From assembly GCF_009914755.1 (NCBI RefSeq), contig NC_060947.1: a DNA stretch of 64,000 nucleotides; one strand, 5' to 3'. Positions 1 to 21,682 of the stretch are shown here, piece by piece; position 1 is the first letter of the stretch, and the number at the start of each line of letters is the position of its first letter. The position numbers and the translations under genes were made by a program. The notes under the pieces were generated by a model that did not search any database, had not been told where the DNA came from, and was given only the letters and a program-made list of their open reading frames with translations. The stretch comes from the human T2T-CHM13v2.0 reference genome, Homo sapiens.

Positions 1-1015
1 GATAAAATAATTAATCAGACAATAAAAGCTAGAATTTAAAGAAGGAAATTGATAAAGGTCTGTAAGAGTTTATGGAAGAGGAGGGCAGGAATTTGACTTT
101 GAATAAGATTGGGATAATGTCAGGGTACAAGGGCAGTTCTAGACAGGGACAAAGGCATGTGAAGAGATGGGATGACCCAGCCTGTTAAATGTCCAGGCTA
201 GTTGGAAGTGAAGGGTTGGACTGGTTCTATGATAGGAGTTAAGAGGTATGTCATTTATACACAAATTTTCAAATAAAGAGCTGGCTGTGTCCCCAGTTGC
301 TTTCTTAGTGTGGAATCAGCCTGTGGGCACCTACAGTTAAATAGTGTGGTTTGAGGTGTCCTGATGCCTCCTCACAAAAGATTTTATGGATTCACCAGAC
401 TGTCCTAGTGTCTGAACTTTCCAAATCTAGTCACTCCTCTGGTTGGACCATATTGGAGGCAGCTGTTCAAATGTCAATGGCATCCATCTTGAAAGAATAA
501 GTTATATAACCCTACTGGTCATTAACACCATAGCTCCTATTAGATGATTAGGTTCCTCAGAATAAGAAGAACTCCACCTAGAGGGAGGCCCCAATCAAGA
601 TGCCACTTTGAATTTTGGCCAGTTTGGTTCTGCACCACAAAATACTTTGGGATATGGGAAAGGAGTGTCTTCAAAGCATCCATCATGCAAATACCTGTAG
701 CTGGTAGACAGTTTTGCCCGTAAAGGTTTCAATGAAGAGCTTTAGGATAGGATTCTACCTAACTTGGCTGGAAGCTTAAGGCCATTCTCCTGAAATCATA
801 CCTCTATGAGTCTCTTTGAAGTTCTCTGTTTCTCTGGCACATTTTTGCTTTAATTGGCTCTCAGAAGAGGAAAGAAGAAATCTAGGAGCATGAAACCCTG
901 TCTCACAGAAGGAGCTGGTAGAGACTGTCCTCCCAGAGGTGGGGTTTCTTTGCTAAGTGGCTCTTCAAAAGAGAGGAAGGAACTGGCAAAGGAGGATGCA
1001 ACTTCCTGAAATGCT

Positions 1016-1398
1016 TGTATTAGTCTCTTCTCACACTGCTATAAGAACTACCTGAGACTGGGTAATTTATGAAGAAAAGAGGTTTAATTAACTCACAGTT
1101 CTGCAGGCTTAACAGGAAGCATGGCTGGGAGGCCTCAGGAAACTTACAACCGTGGCGGAAAGCGAAGGGGAAGTAAGCACGTCTTACCATGGCAAAGCAG
1201 GAGAGAGAGAGCAAAGGGAGAAGTGCCATACACTTTTAAACTATCAGATCTCATGAGAACTCACTTATTGTTATGAGAACAGCAAGGGGGAAATCCGCCC
1301 CCAAGATCCAATTACCTCCCACCAGGCACCTCCCCTGACACGTGGAGATAACAATTCAATATGAGATTTCAGTGGGGACACCGAGCCAAACCATATCA
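1016..1398 (-). mobile_element. MaLR solo LTR, MSTA/THE1-like
   Basis: Runs from TGTATTAGTC...CACACTGCTATAAGAACTACCTGAGACTGGGTAATTTAT to GGGACACCGAGCCAAACCATATCA, with TG...CA ends and a near-TSD ATGCT/CTGCT. Confidence 0.85.
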
Positions 1399-1772
1399 CT
1401 GCTTCTCCCATTTCACTCCTCTTTCTTCTCACTTGCTCAGTATTTCCCATAGTGCTCAGCTCTCTAAGTTGATTCATATGTTTGGTCTGCAGCTTTTGGG
1501 GACATTCTAGATACATATGAAATTAGTTCACCAATAAGTACTGTGCTACAGGGTGTGGTGCATACAGGTATGAGACTAGCCCCTGCCCTCAAGGTGTGTG
1601 CAGGAGGAAGCAAGACACAAACATGTGAAGACATCACTAATAAGTATGACAAGAATTTTTATTAATATTGTGGAATTCCTATACTTGGAACTCACCAGAT
1701 GCCTTAATCATGAGTTAAGTTTTTCATCAAAAGATGAAAAACTAATATTTGAGAAAGCTTAATCATCCTCTA

Positions 1773-2194
<422 letters not shown>

Positions 2195-2199
2195 TTGAG

Positions 2200-3950
2200 G
2201 CTTGTTTACTATGAAATAAAATACGAATTCTAAACGAACATATAATGAGAATGTACAGTTTAAGAAACTGTTTTTTAATGAATACCAGTGTCATCAATAT
2301 CCAAGCCAAGAAATAGAACATTTCCTACACTCCATCAGTCTCCTTTCCATGACTCCATGTGCTCTCCCAATCACAATCTCCTTCCTCCCTTAAAAGTAAC
2401 CATTATTTTGATTTTTATGGTCATCACTCATTGCTTTTCCTTATAGTTTTACCACATATATACATATACCAAAATATTAAATATGAGTTTGATCTCTAAA
2501 ATGTATTTAATGGAATTCTTTACATTCGTTGGTGTCTGGCTTCATCACTCAGCATTATGTTTGTGAAATTGATCTAATTTGTTGTATATTGTTTGTTTTC
2601 ATTGCTGTATGGTATTCCATAGTTACTATTGGAATACTATACTATCATGACTATTTCACACTTCATTTATCCATTCTACCACTGGCCAACATTTGCCTAG
2701 CTTCCAATTTTGGGCTTTTATGGACATTCTTGTACATGTCTTGATGCATTTAAATATGCCTTCCTGATGGATTTATACCCATGTGTATTATGGTTAGGTC
2801 ATCAGTTTACATGTTCAGCTTTAGCAAATATTGCCAAACAGTTTTCCAAAGTGGTTGTACCAACTTACAGTTTCACAAGCAATGTCTAAGAGTTATTTTT
2901 CTTCCATGATCTCACTAAAGCTTGTTATTATCAGCCTTTTTTAGCTTTAGGCATTCTGATGGGCTGAATTTTAAACACAATTACTATAAGACCAACAGGC
3001 TCATATCCCATTGCACAGTAACAGACCCATTACACTGAGACAACAGGGTTTGCAGAAGAGAGTTTAATGATAGCAGGGTGCTGCGTGAGGAGATGGAAAG
3101 AGATCCTCAAATCCATCTCCCATCTCCCTGAGGAAATCTGGGCTGGAGTTTTTAAGAGGATCATGGAGGGGGAGAGGCTGGAAAATTGAGGTCATTGATT
3201 GGTCAGGGCAAGATGGTTGAAATCATCAGGATTTGGAAACTGCATTCTTTGCTGAGTCAGTTCCTTGTGGGATCCTTCAAACTAGCTGGTGTCAGTGGGG
3301 TCTTTCAGATCAGCTGGCATTAGTGAGGTCCTTCGGATCAGCTGAGCCAGTAGTTTCATCAATAGGAAAGACCTGAAGGAATATCTCAAAGGGAAAACTT
3401 AATATTTCATAACATTCAAGTCATTATCTATAGAACAGTTAAGGGGAACTATAATCTAGGGTCTATGGGATTCTAGGACAATAGGCACCAAACAACTATG
3501 AGGAAACAGGTCAGAGAGCAAATTGACCTCAGGATTAATGCTAAATGTGATGCAAGCTTGGTTTATTTATCTCCCTCTCTCTTCTTCCTTGATTAATTTC
3601 ATAAAGTTTATCGGGATGGTTTCACAATATCTTATTGGGGTTTTAATCTGTGTTTTCCTGATTGCTAAGAGAGTTGAGCACTTTTTCCTATTTATTGGCC
3701 ATTTGAATTTCTTCTTTTGTTAAGTGCTAGTTTGAATCTTTGCTCATTTTTCTATTGGGCTGTTTGTCTTTTTTCTGTTGATTTGTAGGAGTTATTTGTG
3801 TATTCTAGACACAAGTCCTTTGTCAGTTATATATTTTACAAATGTCTCTTACCACTCTGTGGCTTGTCTTTATGTTCTCTTACTGGTATCTTTCTATGGA
3901 CAAAATTCTTAATTTTAACACAGTTAAAGTTATCAAGGTTTTTAATGTCA
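2200..3950 (-). mobile_element. Old L1M (L1ME-like) 3' end, interrupted by an LTR
   Basis: Degenerate L1 3' motifs such as GCCAAACAGTTTTCCAAAGTGGTTGTACCAACTTACA and GTTGAGCACTTTTTCCTATTTATTGGCCATTTG on both sides of the LTR. Confidence 0.65.
2982..3624 (-). mobile_element. ERV1 (MER4-group, LOR1/LTR26-like) solo LTR
   Basis: Contains GACCAACAGG...CACTGAGACAACAGGGTTTGCAG...CCTCAAATCCATCTCC, ends GGTTTCA and is flanked by CAAT; subfamily uncertain. Confidence 0.6.
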
Positions 3951-4375
3951 ATATGACTTCACTGTAATAAGAAGAGAGCCATAAAGATAAAGAGATATTT
4001 TGCCAAAGATTAGATGAATCATATTTGCAGCCAGTTATAGAAAAATAGAGCACACATGATGTTGATATGTTTTTTAATCAAACAGAGAATAACACAAGTT
4101 TCTGATGAGAAGCCTTTATCAGAACTCATTACACAAATGCACAAGGCTCAGTTACAAGGACCAAGACCTGGAAATAAGCCTATCCATGAGGCTAACACTC
4201 ATATTTTATTTGCTAATTATTTCAAACCTATTATTGGTTTCTAAATTAGATTTTAAAATCCAGTCAAGCAAATGGAATTCATTATCCTTGGACATACTAT
4301 ATAATGTGTAAACTTGCAGGCAGAGTATAGTACAGAGAAAATGAATGCTGGGTAATACATAGTGAGCTATAGAGG

Positions 4376-5456
4376 TGTAGGAGAGGAAAAATAACTTATT
4401 CTCTACCCATTCTAGGTTCATGGCTGTGGGCCCTATACCAAAAGAGATTAATAAGAGAAAAGCATACAAATGTATTTCATATAAGTTTTATGTGATATGG
4501 GAGCCTTAATAAGGAAATGATATAAAGTAACAGTTGAACTTGTGCATTTTTATACAAGGTTTGATGAAGAAGTAAAATAGTCATGGAGAACTATGATTAG
4601 AGGACAAAAGGGTACAATCTAATGGTAATAAACCAGGAGAAACTTAGCAAGACCTGTTTGTTCAGATTCTTTTCTGAGTCCCTATGTCTTCAGAGACAAG
4701 AATATTTCTTTCCTCTGGGTATAAGGAGCTGTGATAGTTAATTTTAGGTATCAACTTGACTGTGTTCAGGGATACCCAGATAGCTAGTAAAACATTATTT
4801 CTGCATAGGTCTGTGAGGATGTTTTCATAAGAGATTAGAATCTCAATCAATAGATCAAGTAAAGAAGATCTTCCCCCACCAATGTGAATGGGCATCATCT
4901 GATCTGTTGAGATCCCAGAAAGAGCAAAAAGGAAGAGGAAGGTATAAATTTACTCTCTCTTCCAGAGCTGGAACATTCATCTTCTTCTGTCCTCAATAAT
5001 CAGAAATCCAGGTTCTCAGGTTTTTGGATTCTGGGATTTATACAAGCAGGCCCCCAGTTTCCCAAGTCTTCAGTCTTGGGCTGAGAATTACACTGTTGGA
5101 TCCCCTGGTTCTCAGGTCCTTGGATTTAGACTGAATGACACCACCAGGCTCCCTGGTTCTCCAGCTTACAGACAGTGTATTGTGAGACTTCTCAAACTCC
5201 ATAATTATATGAGCCAGTTCCCATAATAAATCTCCCTCTTATCTGTCTATCTCTCTCTTTCTCTATATATACCTTTTATTGACTTGTTTCTCTGGATAAC
5301 CCTGACTAATCCAGGAAAGTACCTCTAAAATGAGGGTTTTATGGCCTGCTTTAGGGGAGAAGGGAAAGAGAAATGTGAAAGTGATCTTCTCGCTTCTGCT
5401 GTTTTCTCAAATCACAAGATGACACATTTTGGGGCAGTGTATCTTGGACCCCATCA
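4376..5456 (-). mobile_element. ERV1 LTR (MER31/MER67-like), split by an MLT2 insertion
   Basis: Runs from TGTAGGAGAGGAAAAA to GGACCCCATCA, with 4-bp flanks GAGG/GATG; subfamily uncertain. Confidence 0.55.
4730..5313 (+). mobile_element. MLT2 (ERV-L) solo LTR
   Basis: Starts TGTGATAGTTAATTTTAGGTATCAACTTGACT, contains AATAAATCTC and ends GTTTCTCTGGATAACCCTGACTAATCCA. Confidence 0.85.
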
Positions 5457-5479
5457 GATGATTTACTATCACTGGGGTG

Positions 5480-6350
5480 GAAAGCATTGAGAAGGAGCAG
5501 GAACATTGGAGCTAATAACTAAGAGGTCTTGTTAAACTAAGGAACCTCGAGCTTTATACTGAAATGGTGGTCTATCGAAGTGCTTTAAGCAGGAGGCTAA
5601 CACAGTCAGTTCTGTAACTAGGGTCACTGGCAACTGTATGGAGAAAGGGTTGAGATAAAGGGAATAAGACTCAATGTACAAAGGCCAGTGGCCATTAAAT
5701 GGAGAAGGCCCATGATATTTAAACAATAAATTAAAAAAATTAGTGATTATTCAGGGGTGAGGGAGGTGAAGAAAGGAAAACATATCCTGAAGTCCTAAAA
5801 AGTTAGTCCAGCAAGATATTTTATTTACAGATTGGGTTCTGACATAACAAAGGTTTGAGAAACACAGTGTGACTCTCTTAGGTGATCACTAGAATGATAA
5901 GAGCTCCAATAACTAATTTGACAGGGGAAATCTGCTTATTTTTGTTAATCCAGTAGTTCAAAATTTTATTTTATCAAATAACTTTAATTTTTACATAACA
6001 CATTAATATTCTGTTCTGGTAGGTTTGCCTAGAACTACAGGTTTGGGAAATATTGGTCTAGGATGGCTTCCAGGGAACTCTGGCTTGCTTAATAGAGTAA
6101 AGGGTGGTTTCACTGACTGAGTCAGCAAATACATTAGTAAGAGAAGATCTGTAGAATAAGATAATAAGTTTAGTTTGCATGTTTTGAAATCCATGAGGAT
6201 ATCTCTAATAAGCAATTGAATAGATAGGCCTAGAGCTCAAGGGTGACAGCTGGGGTGGAGGAACAGATTTGGAAATCACTGGTTAAATTCAAAGAAGTTG
6301 ATCATATTTCTAAGAAAAGTATTTATAAGTAGAAGGAGACAAAGGCCTAA
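5480..6350. mobile_element. Degenerate L2 pieces with a probable hAT (MER) fragment near 5800-6060
   Basis: Purine-rich L2-like motifs (GTTTAGTTTGCATGTTTTGAAAT...TAGATAGGCCTAGAGCTCAAGGG) and a GTTTGGGAAATATTG MER-like end; weak similarity. Confidence 0.35.
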
Positions 6351-9300
6351 GAATGGTGTTAACAGCACCATTTACTGAATTCTTTTCCCATTGATTTATC
6401 TGTTACAGATTTTATATTTCACATATATAGGTCTGGTACTGAGCCATCCATTTGGTTCCATTACTCTATTTGTCTATTTATCTGCCAATATTGTGCTACA
6501 TTAACAGTAATTAGCTTTATAGTAAGTTGGATTCTGGTAAGGCAAATTCATTCACACTGTTCTTCAAACTTTTCCTGGCTAGTATTAGCCCTTTGATCTT
6601 TCAAATAAACTTTAGGATAAGCTTATCAAATTCTAGAAAATATCACTATTAGTATTTTTATTGAAATTACACTAAAGTGATTAGTTCAGGAAAAACTGTT
6701 ATTGTTATTCCAGTGAATCTACTAGTCGATGAACAATGGTACATATATCTCATTATGTATTTATGTCTTCTATATTATATATTTCAATATATGTTTCTAT
6801 ATTATATTTTAATATACTTTTCCACTTCAATAATATTTTATGTATTTTGAAGGGATTAATGCTAGGCACCTTGTGGTCTGATTGCTATTTGTCAATAGAC
6901 TCTTTTTGCCCATCTTTTTTCATTGTCTGATTGGCTATTACTGTTGTGTAAGAATGATATTGATTTTCATATGTTGATTTTGTATTTAACAGCCTTGCTA
7001 AACATTTTTACTAATTCAAAGAGCTTGCCTCTTCTCTTTAATTTTCTTTGCAGACAATCTGTCAGGTACAAATAAGGAAAGTTTGATGCTTCCCTTTCAG
7101 TTCTTTTGCCATTTTTATTTTTTATATCTTCTTGCACTGCCAAGGACCTCCAGTACAATCTTAACTTTTAAAAAATGATGTCCAGATATGGCAGATTGGT
7201 TGAAATTATCAGACCAGAAATTTAAAACAACTATGATTAATATAGTAAGGGTACTAATGAATAAAGTAGACAGCATGCAAGGATAGATGGACAACATAAA
7301 CAAAAAGATGAAAATTCTAAGAAAGAGACAAAAATAATTGCTATATAAATAAAAAACACTGTAACAAAAATGAAGAAAAAATGTCTTTGATGGGCTTATT
7401 AATAGACTGGACATAGCTGAGGAAAGAATCTCTGAACTTGAGGATATCTCAATAGAAACCTCCCAAACTGAAAAGGAAGGAGAAAAAAGACTGAAAAAAG
7501 CAGAACAGAATATCCCAAAACTGTGGGACAACCACAAAAGGTGTAACATGTCCATAATAAGAATACCAGAAGGAAAATAAAGACAGAAAGCAGTAGAAGA
7601 AATTTTTAAAACAATAATGAAATTTCTCCAAACTAATGTCACACCAAACCACAGACCCAGGAAGCTCAGAGAATATGAAATGAGATAAATGCCCCCCAAA
7701 AGCTACACATGGACATATCATATTCAAACTACAGAAAATAAAAGATGAAGAAAAAATTCTGAAAGCAGCTAGAGAAAAAAAAACACCTTACCTATAGAGG
7801 AGCAAAAATCATAATTACATCTGATTTCTCCTCAGAAACCAATGCAAATAAGACAAGAGTGAAATGAAACATTTACCTTATTGAGAGGAAAAAAACTCTA
7901 CCAACCTAGAATTCTGTACCCCAAGAAATTATCCTTCAAAAGTGAAGGACAAATAATGACTTTCTTAGACAAACAAACATTGAGGGAAATGTCACCACTA
8001 GACATTCCTTGCATGAAATATTAAAAGAAGTTATTTAGAGAGAAGGAAAACAATATAGGTCAGAAATTCAGATCTATACTAAAAAGGAAGAACATCAGAG
8101 AAGAAATAAATTGAGGTAAAATAAAAATTTTATTTGTCTTAATCTTATCTTGATTAATCTAATCTTGACCTAATGGATAGTTTGTTTGAAAGATAACAGC
8201 AACAATGTATTATATAGATATGCTTATGTATAAGTGAAGTGAATGACAGCAAAGATACAAGGGGTAGGAGGGAGGAATTAGGATTATTTTGTTATTATAA
8301 AATATTTGCATAACCGTGAAGCAATATGGTGTTATTTGAAAGTGGAACTGGATTAGTTATAAGTGAGTGCTGTAAAATCTAAGGCAATCATAAAAAAAGT
8401 AGAAAAGGAAGTACAACTGATGTGCTTTAAAAGGAGAGAAAATTGAATCATATAAAATGCTCAAAACCACAAAAGGCAGAAAAATAATGGAAGTCAAAAA
8501 TAAGGAACAAAGAATAAGGGCAGCAAATAGAATCAGTAACAAATGTGACAGATGTGAATGTAACTATATCAGTAAACACTTTGAACATAAACTACTTAAA
8601 TATATCAATGAAAAGAGAGATTGTCAGAGAACATCAAAAATCCCAAATTAACTATATATTGTCTACAAGAAACCCACTTTAAATCAAGACACATATAGGT
8701 TAAAAGTAAATGAATGGAGAAAGATGCACCATGCTTACACTAATGAAAAGAAAGTAAGATTAGCTACATTAATTTCATACACAGTATATTTCACAGTAAG
8801 GAAAGCTATCAGGGATAAAGACAGATATTACATAAAGATAAAGGGATCAGTTCTCTGAGACTAATAACAATCTGTAATGTGTATGCACCTAACAACAGCA
8901 CCAAAATACATAAGGCAAAAATTAATAGAACTACAAGGAGAAATACACGAATCTACTATTATATTTGGAGATTTCGATACACTCCTATCAGAAATGTACA
9001 GATTCAGCAGACAGAAAATCAGTAAGGTCATAACTGAACTTAACAACATCAACCAACTGAATCTAATTGATACTTACAGAATACTTCATCCAACAAGAGC
9101 AGAATATACATTATTTTCAAATTCACATAGAACACTCATGAAAATAGACCACATTCTGGGCCATAAAACACAGATTTTAAAAATAGACATCACATGTTGT
9201 CTGCTCTCAGACAACAATAGAATTAAACTAGGAATTAATAACAGAAAGATAGCTAGAATATCCCAAAATACTTAGAAATTAAACAACACACTTCTAAATA

Positions 9301-10500
9301 ACACATGGATCAAAGAAGAATTCTCAAGAGAAATTTTAAAATATTTTGAAATAAATGAAAACACAACTTATCCAAAAGTTGTGGGATATAGAGAAAGCAG
9401 TGCACAGAGGATAATTTATAGCATTGAGTGCATATAGAAGAAAAGAAGAAAAATTTAAAATCAATAATCTAAATCAATAATTTTTGCCTTAGGAAACTAA
9501 AGAAAAGAAGAGCAAATTAACTTCAAAGCAAGTAGAAGAAAAGAAATAATAAAAATTAGAGAATAAATCAATGAAATTGAAAATAGAAAATCAATTTTAA
9601 AAATCAATGAAACTAAAAGCTTCTTCTTTAAAAATATCATTAAAATTGATAAACCTCTAGCCAGGTTAACTAAGAAAAAAAAGAGAAGATACAAATTACT
9701 AATATTAGAAATGAAAGAGGGGATATCACTATAGCTCCAATGCACATTGAAAGGATAATAAAGGCATACTTGGAACAATTCTGTGGCCACAAATTTGATA
9801 ACTGAGATGAAGTAGAACAATTCTTTGAAAGAAACAATCTGCCAAAACTTACGCAAGAAGAAATACGCAATATGAATATGTCTATTGTCTATCAAATAAA
9901 TTGAATAAATACTTAATTACCTTTCAAAATGGAAATCATGAGGCCCAGATGAGTTCACAAGTAAATTCTTCCAAACATTAAAAAAGAAGTAATATCAATT
10001 CTATATAATCTCTTTCAGCAGACAGAAGTAAAAAGGATTCTTCCTAATTCATTCTGTGAGGCCAGCATTACCTTAATACCAAAAGACAAACACTTCATAA
10101 GAAAAGAAAACCACAGACCAACATGTCTCATGAACATAGCTGCAAAAGTCCTCAACAAAATGTTAACAAATCAAGTCTAACAATATAGAAAAAGAATTAT
10201 ACACCATGACTAAGTGGGATTTATCCCAGGTATGCAAGTTTGGTTCAACATTCAAAAATCAATTAATGTAATACATTAAATCAACAAGTTAAAGAAGAAA
10301 AATCACATGATCACATAAATAGATGCAGAAAAGCATTTGACAAAGTCCAACATCCATTCATGACTAGAAACTGTCAATAAACTAGGAATGGAGAGGATCT
10401 TCCTCAACTTGATAAAGAATATCTACAAAAACTAACAACTAATATACATAATGGTGAGAAACTCAAAGCTTTCCCAATAAGCTCAAGAACAAGACAAGAA

Positions 10501-10663
10501 TTGGGTTGTTTGTAACACAAAAGATAAAAACTTGAGGGGACAGATACCCAGTTTTCCACGATGTGACTATTACACATTGCATGCCTGTACCAAAATATCT
10601 TATGTGCTGTATAAATATATACAGGTACTATGTACCCACAAAAATAAAAAATAAATTTTAAAA
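10501..10663 (+). mobile_element. 5'-truncated L1MA 3' end inserted into the L1MC1
   Basis: GTTTGTAACACAAAAGATAAA...TATGTACCCACAAAAATAAAAA, with an imperfect TSD AAGAACAAG(A/G)CAA(G/T)AA at 10485-10500 and 10664-10679. Confidence 0.75.
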
Positions 10664-11032
10664 AAGAACAAGGCAATAATGTCCCCTCTCACCATTCCCT
10701 TTTTACTTTGTACTGTAAGTCCTACCTAATGCAATAAGACAAGAAAAAGAGATAAAACATATACTGATAGGGAAAGAAAAAATAAAAGTGTCTTTGTCTG
10801 TAGATAACACAGTTGTCTATGGAGAAACTCCAAAGAATTGATTTTTAAAATCTCCTTGAACCAAAGAGTGATTACAGTAAGGTTGCAGGATATAAGGTTA
10901 ATATACAAAAGTATGCTTTCCTATATCCCAGGAAGGAACAAGTGGAATAAAAAAAAATACACTACTATTTACATTAACACCCTCACAAAATGAAATATTT
11001 AGGTATAAATCTAACAAAATATGTAAAAGATT

Positions 11033-11348
11033 GGCTGGCTTAAGATTGCCTTGGCTATTCGGGCTCTTCTTTGGTTCTACATTAATTTTAAAATAGTTTT
11101 TTCTAGTTCAGTGAAGAATCTTGATGGTAGCTCAATAGAAATATCATTGAATCTATAAATTGCTTTGGGCAGTATGGCCATTTTTACAACATTGTTTCTT
11201 CCTATCCATGAGCATGGAATGTTTTTCCATTTGTTTGTGTCATTTCTGATTTCTTTGAGCAGTGTTTTGTAGTTCTCTTTTTAGAAATCTTCCACCTCCT
11301 TAGTTAGCTGTATTCCTAGGTATTTTATTCTTTTTGTGGCAATTGTGA
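11033..11348 (-). mobile_element. Internal L1P ORF2 fragment in inverted orientation
   Basis: Its reverse complement resembles the [15 protein letters not shown]...[15 protein letters not shown] region of the primate L1s in this window; no tail and no TSD. Confidence 0.75.
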
Positions 11349-13418
11349 TATCAGTTCTTCTCAACGTGATCTACAGATTCAATGAAATCCCAATCAAAAT
11401 CCCAGCAAATTATTTTTGTGAATACTGAGAAACTGATTCTAAAGTTTATATGGAGAAGCAAAAAAAAAAAAATCCAAAAACAGAATAGCTACACAATGTT
11501 GAAGAAGAAGAAAAAAATTCGAGAAATGACACTACCCAACTTTAAGACTACCATAAAGCTACAGTAACCAAGACAGTATAGTGTTGGTAGAAGGATAGAC
11601 AAATAGGTCAATAGAACAGAATAGAAAGCCCAGAAATAGACTCGCATCAATAAAATCAACTGATAATTGACAAAAGAACAAAGGCAATTCAATGGAGCAG
11701 AGATAGTCTTTTCAACAAATGCTGCTGAAACAATTGGACATCCACATGCAAAAGAAGTTAATCTAGACTCAAACCTTACATTCTTCACAAAAATTAAAAT
11801 CAATTAAAGACTTAAATGTAAAACACAAAACTATAAAATTCCTAGAACATAACCTAGGAGAAAATTTAGATGACCTTGGGTTTGGTGATGACTTTTTAAA
11901 TATGACACAGAAAGCACACTCCATGGAAGAAAGAATTGATAATTTGGACCTAATTAAAATTAAAATTTTACGTTCTGCAAAATATACTATCAAGAGAGTG
12001 AAAAGACAAGCCACAGTCTGGGAGAAAATATCTTCAAAAGACATATTTGATAAAGAACTGTTATGTAAAATATACAAAGAACTTTTAAAATTTAACAGTA
12101 AGAAAATGAACAACCTGATTTTTAAAAATGAGTCAAGACCTTAAAAGAAACCTTCCCAACAGAGATACATAGATCCCAAATACACACTTGAAAAGATGCT
12201 CCATGTAATATGTCTTCAGAGAGATGCAAATTAAAACAACACTGAGATAGCACTACACGCCTATTAAAATAGTTAAAATCCAAAACACTGGCAACACCAA
12301 ATGCTGGTGACAATGTGGAGCAACAGGAATTCTCATTCATTGCTGATGGAACTGCAAAGGGTTACATCCATTTTAGAAAATATTTGGCAGTTCCTTATGA
12401 AACATTCTCTTACCATATGATACAGCAATCATGCTCCTTGGTGTTTACCCAAAGGAGTTGAAAACATGTCCACACAAAAACCTGCACATGAATGTTTTTA
12501 GCAGCTTTATTTGTAATTGCCAAAACGTGGAAGCAACCAAGATATCCTTCAGTAGGTAAGTGAATAAACTGTGTTATACTCATACAATGGAATAGTATTC
12601 AGTTTTAAGAAGAAATGGATTATCAACCCATTTAAAGACATGGATGAAGCTTAAATGCATATTACTAAGTGAAAGAAGCCAATCTGAAATGGGTCTATAA
12701 TGTATAATTACAACTCTTTGACGTTCTGTGAAGACAAAACTACGAAGACAGTAAAAAGATCAATGGTTTCCAGGGTTTAGAAGGAAGAAAAGGATGAATA
12801 GCCAGGGCACAGAGAATTTTTAGGGCAGTAAAACTACTCTGTATGATACTATAATGGTAAATATATGTCATTATATATTTGCCCAAACCCATAGAATGTA
12901 CAACACCAAGTGCGAACCCTAATGTAAACTACAAACTTTAAGTGATAATGATGTGATGTGTTAATGTAGGTTCATCAATTGTAACAAATGTAACTCTCTG
13001 GCATGGTGGGGGTTGGGGGGATGTTGCTAGAGGGGGAGGCTGTGCACATGTGGGGGAAGGGATTATATGGGACATCTCAGTACCTTCTGCTCAATTTTGC
13101 TGTGAACCTAAAACTGTTCTAAAAAATTAAAGCCTATTTTTTTTAAAAAAAAGATGGCACCTCTGTCTTGTTCTTAAGTTTTATGGGCATGTTTCCAGTT
13201 TTTCAAATGATGTTTCCCATAAATTGTGATGGATACTTTTATTAGGTTAGAGAAGTTACCTTTTTTCTGAATTTGCTAAAGGATTTTTTTCTGCATTGAC
13301 TTTTATTCAATATGTTTTTGATATCACTCTACTTTTATCTGTTAACATAGCATATTTATTACATTAATAGACTTTTTTGAAATTCAAGTAACTTTATTTA
13401 AATTCAAAAACAATTCTT

Positions 13419-19856
<6,438 letters not shown>

Positions 19857-20155
19857 CAAAAACAAATCTTAAAACTGCATTTAGAGTCAAGACCCTATTG
19901 TATTGTAAAAATCACAAGTATTTCTAAGAGAGAAAAATAGTTCTAGGTTAACTAGACCAGATCTGACTGACTTTGGACTTTATTCTTTAAACAAATTGCA
20001 GAGAATAGAGAAAAAGGTTATTTACAGAAAACAATATCTACATATGTACTTAGAGGTACAAATTTGGTGGCAGAAAAGACTTCAGTATATGCTGGCATCT
20101 CAGAAGCAGTTCTCAAAGAGCTTAGTTTTATTTTCTTGAATTTTATGAATGCCTA

Positions 20156-20489
<334 letters not shown>

Positions 20490-20492
20490 TCA

Positions 20493-21002
<510 letters not shown>

Positions 21003-21146
21003 TCACGAGCCTCAGAGCAAGCAGGCGAATGCCATAGGGAGAGGCTGAGACCTAGAATGACAACCATTAATAGACTTTTTAACGTTTAATCATCCTTGCA
21101 TCACTGGAATGTACTCTACTTATTCCTGGGATAAACTCTACCTGGT

Positions 21147-21682
21147 TGTCCTAAGCAGAATTCTAAGATGGCCCCTGTGATTCCCACTCCCTGGTATCCT
21201 TGCCTTTGTGAAATCATCTCCCCTTGAGTGTGAGTGGAACATATAAGTTGCTTCTAACCAGTAGAATTTGGCAAAGCGAAGGGATTTTTCAGATGCAATT
21301 AAAGTCCTTATTCAGTTGACTTTGAGTTAATTAAAAGAGAGATTCCCTGGGTGGGCTTGACCTACTCAGGCAAGCTCTTTAAAAGAGGGTCTAGTGATTA
21401 GAGAGATTCTGCTGCTGGCCTTGAAGAAACATGCCCCTATGAGTTCCACAGCTTCAAGAAAATGAGTTCTGCCAACAACTTGTGAGCTTGGAAGAAGACT
21501 CCAATACTCAAATGGGACCCAGCTCTGGCCAAGTTAACTGCAGCATATGAGACCCTAAGCAGAGAATCTAGTTAGGCTGTCTCTGAATTTCTGAACTACA
21601 GAAACTGAGATAGTAAATGAATGTTGTTTCAAACCGCTACATTGTGTGATTATTTGTTACACAGCAATAGAAAACTAATACA
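21147..21682 (+). mobile_element. MLT1D/E MaLR solo LTR
   Basis: Runs from TGTCCTAAGCAGAATTCTAAGATGGCCCC to ATTTGTTACACAGCAATAGAAAACTAATACA; flanks CTGGT/TTGGT. Confidence 0.85.

Larger units (their letters stand above)
7185..13152 (+). mobile_element. L1MC1-like LINE, long and degenerate (ORF1 remnant, ORF2 remnant, 3' UTR)
   Basis: ORF 8877-9275 resembles the L1 endonuclease (IDHILGHK); the 3' end reads CTCAGTACCTTCTGCTCAATTTTGCTGTGAACCTAAAACTGTTCTAAAAAATTAAAG. Confidence 0.8.

Noticed and set aside
7115-7727. Hydrophobic 194-aa ORF resembling a membrane protein
   Set aside because: It is the antisense reading of A-rich L1 ORF1; the other F/L/I/S-rich ORFs in the track have the same origin.
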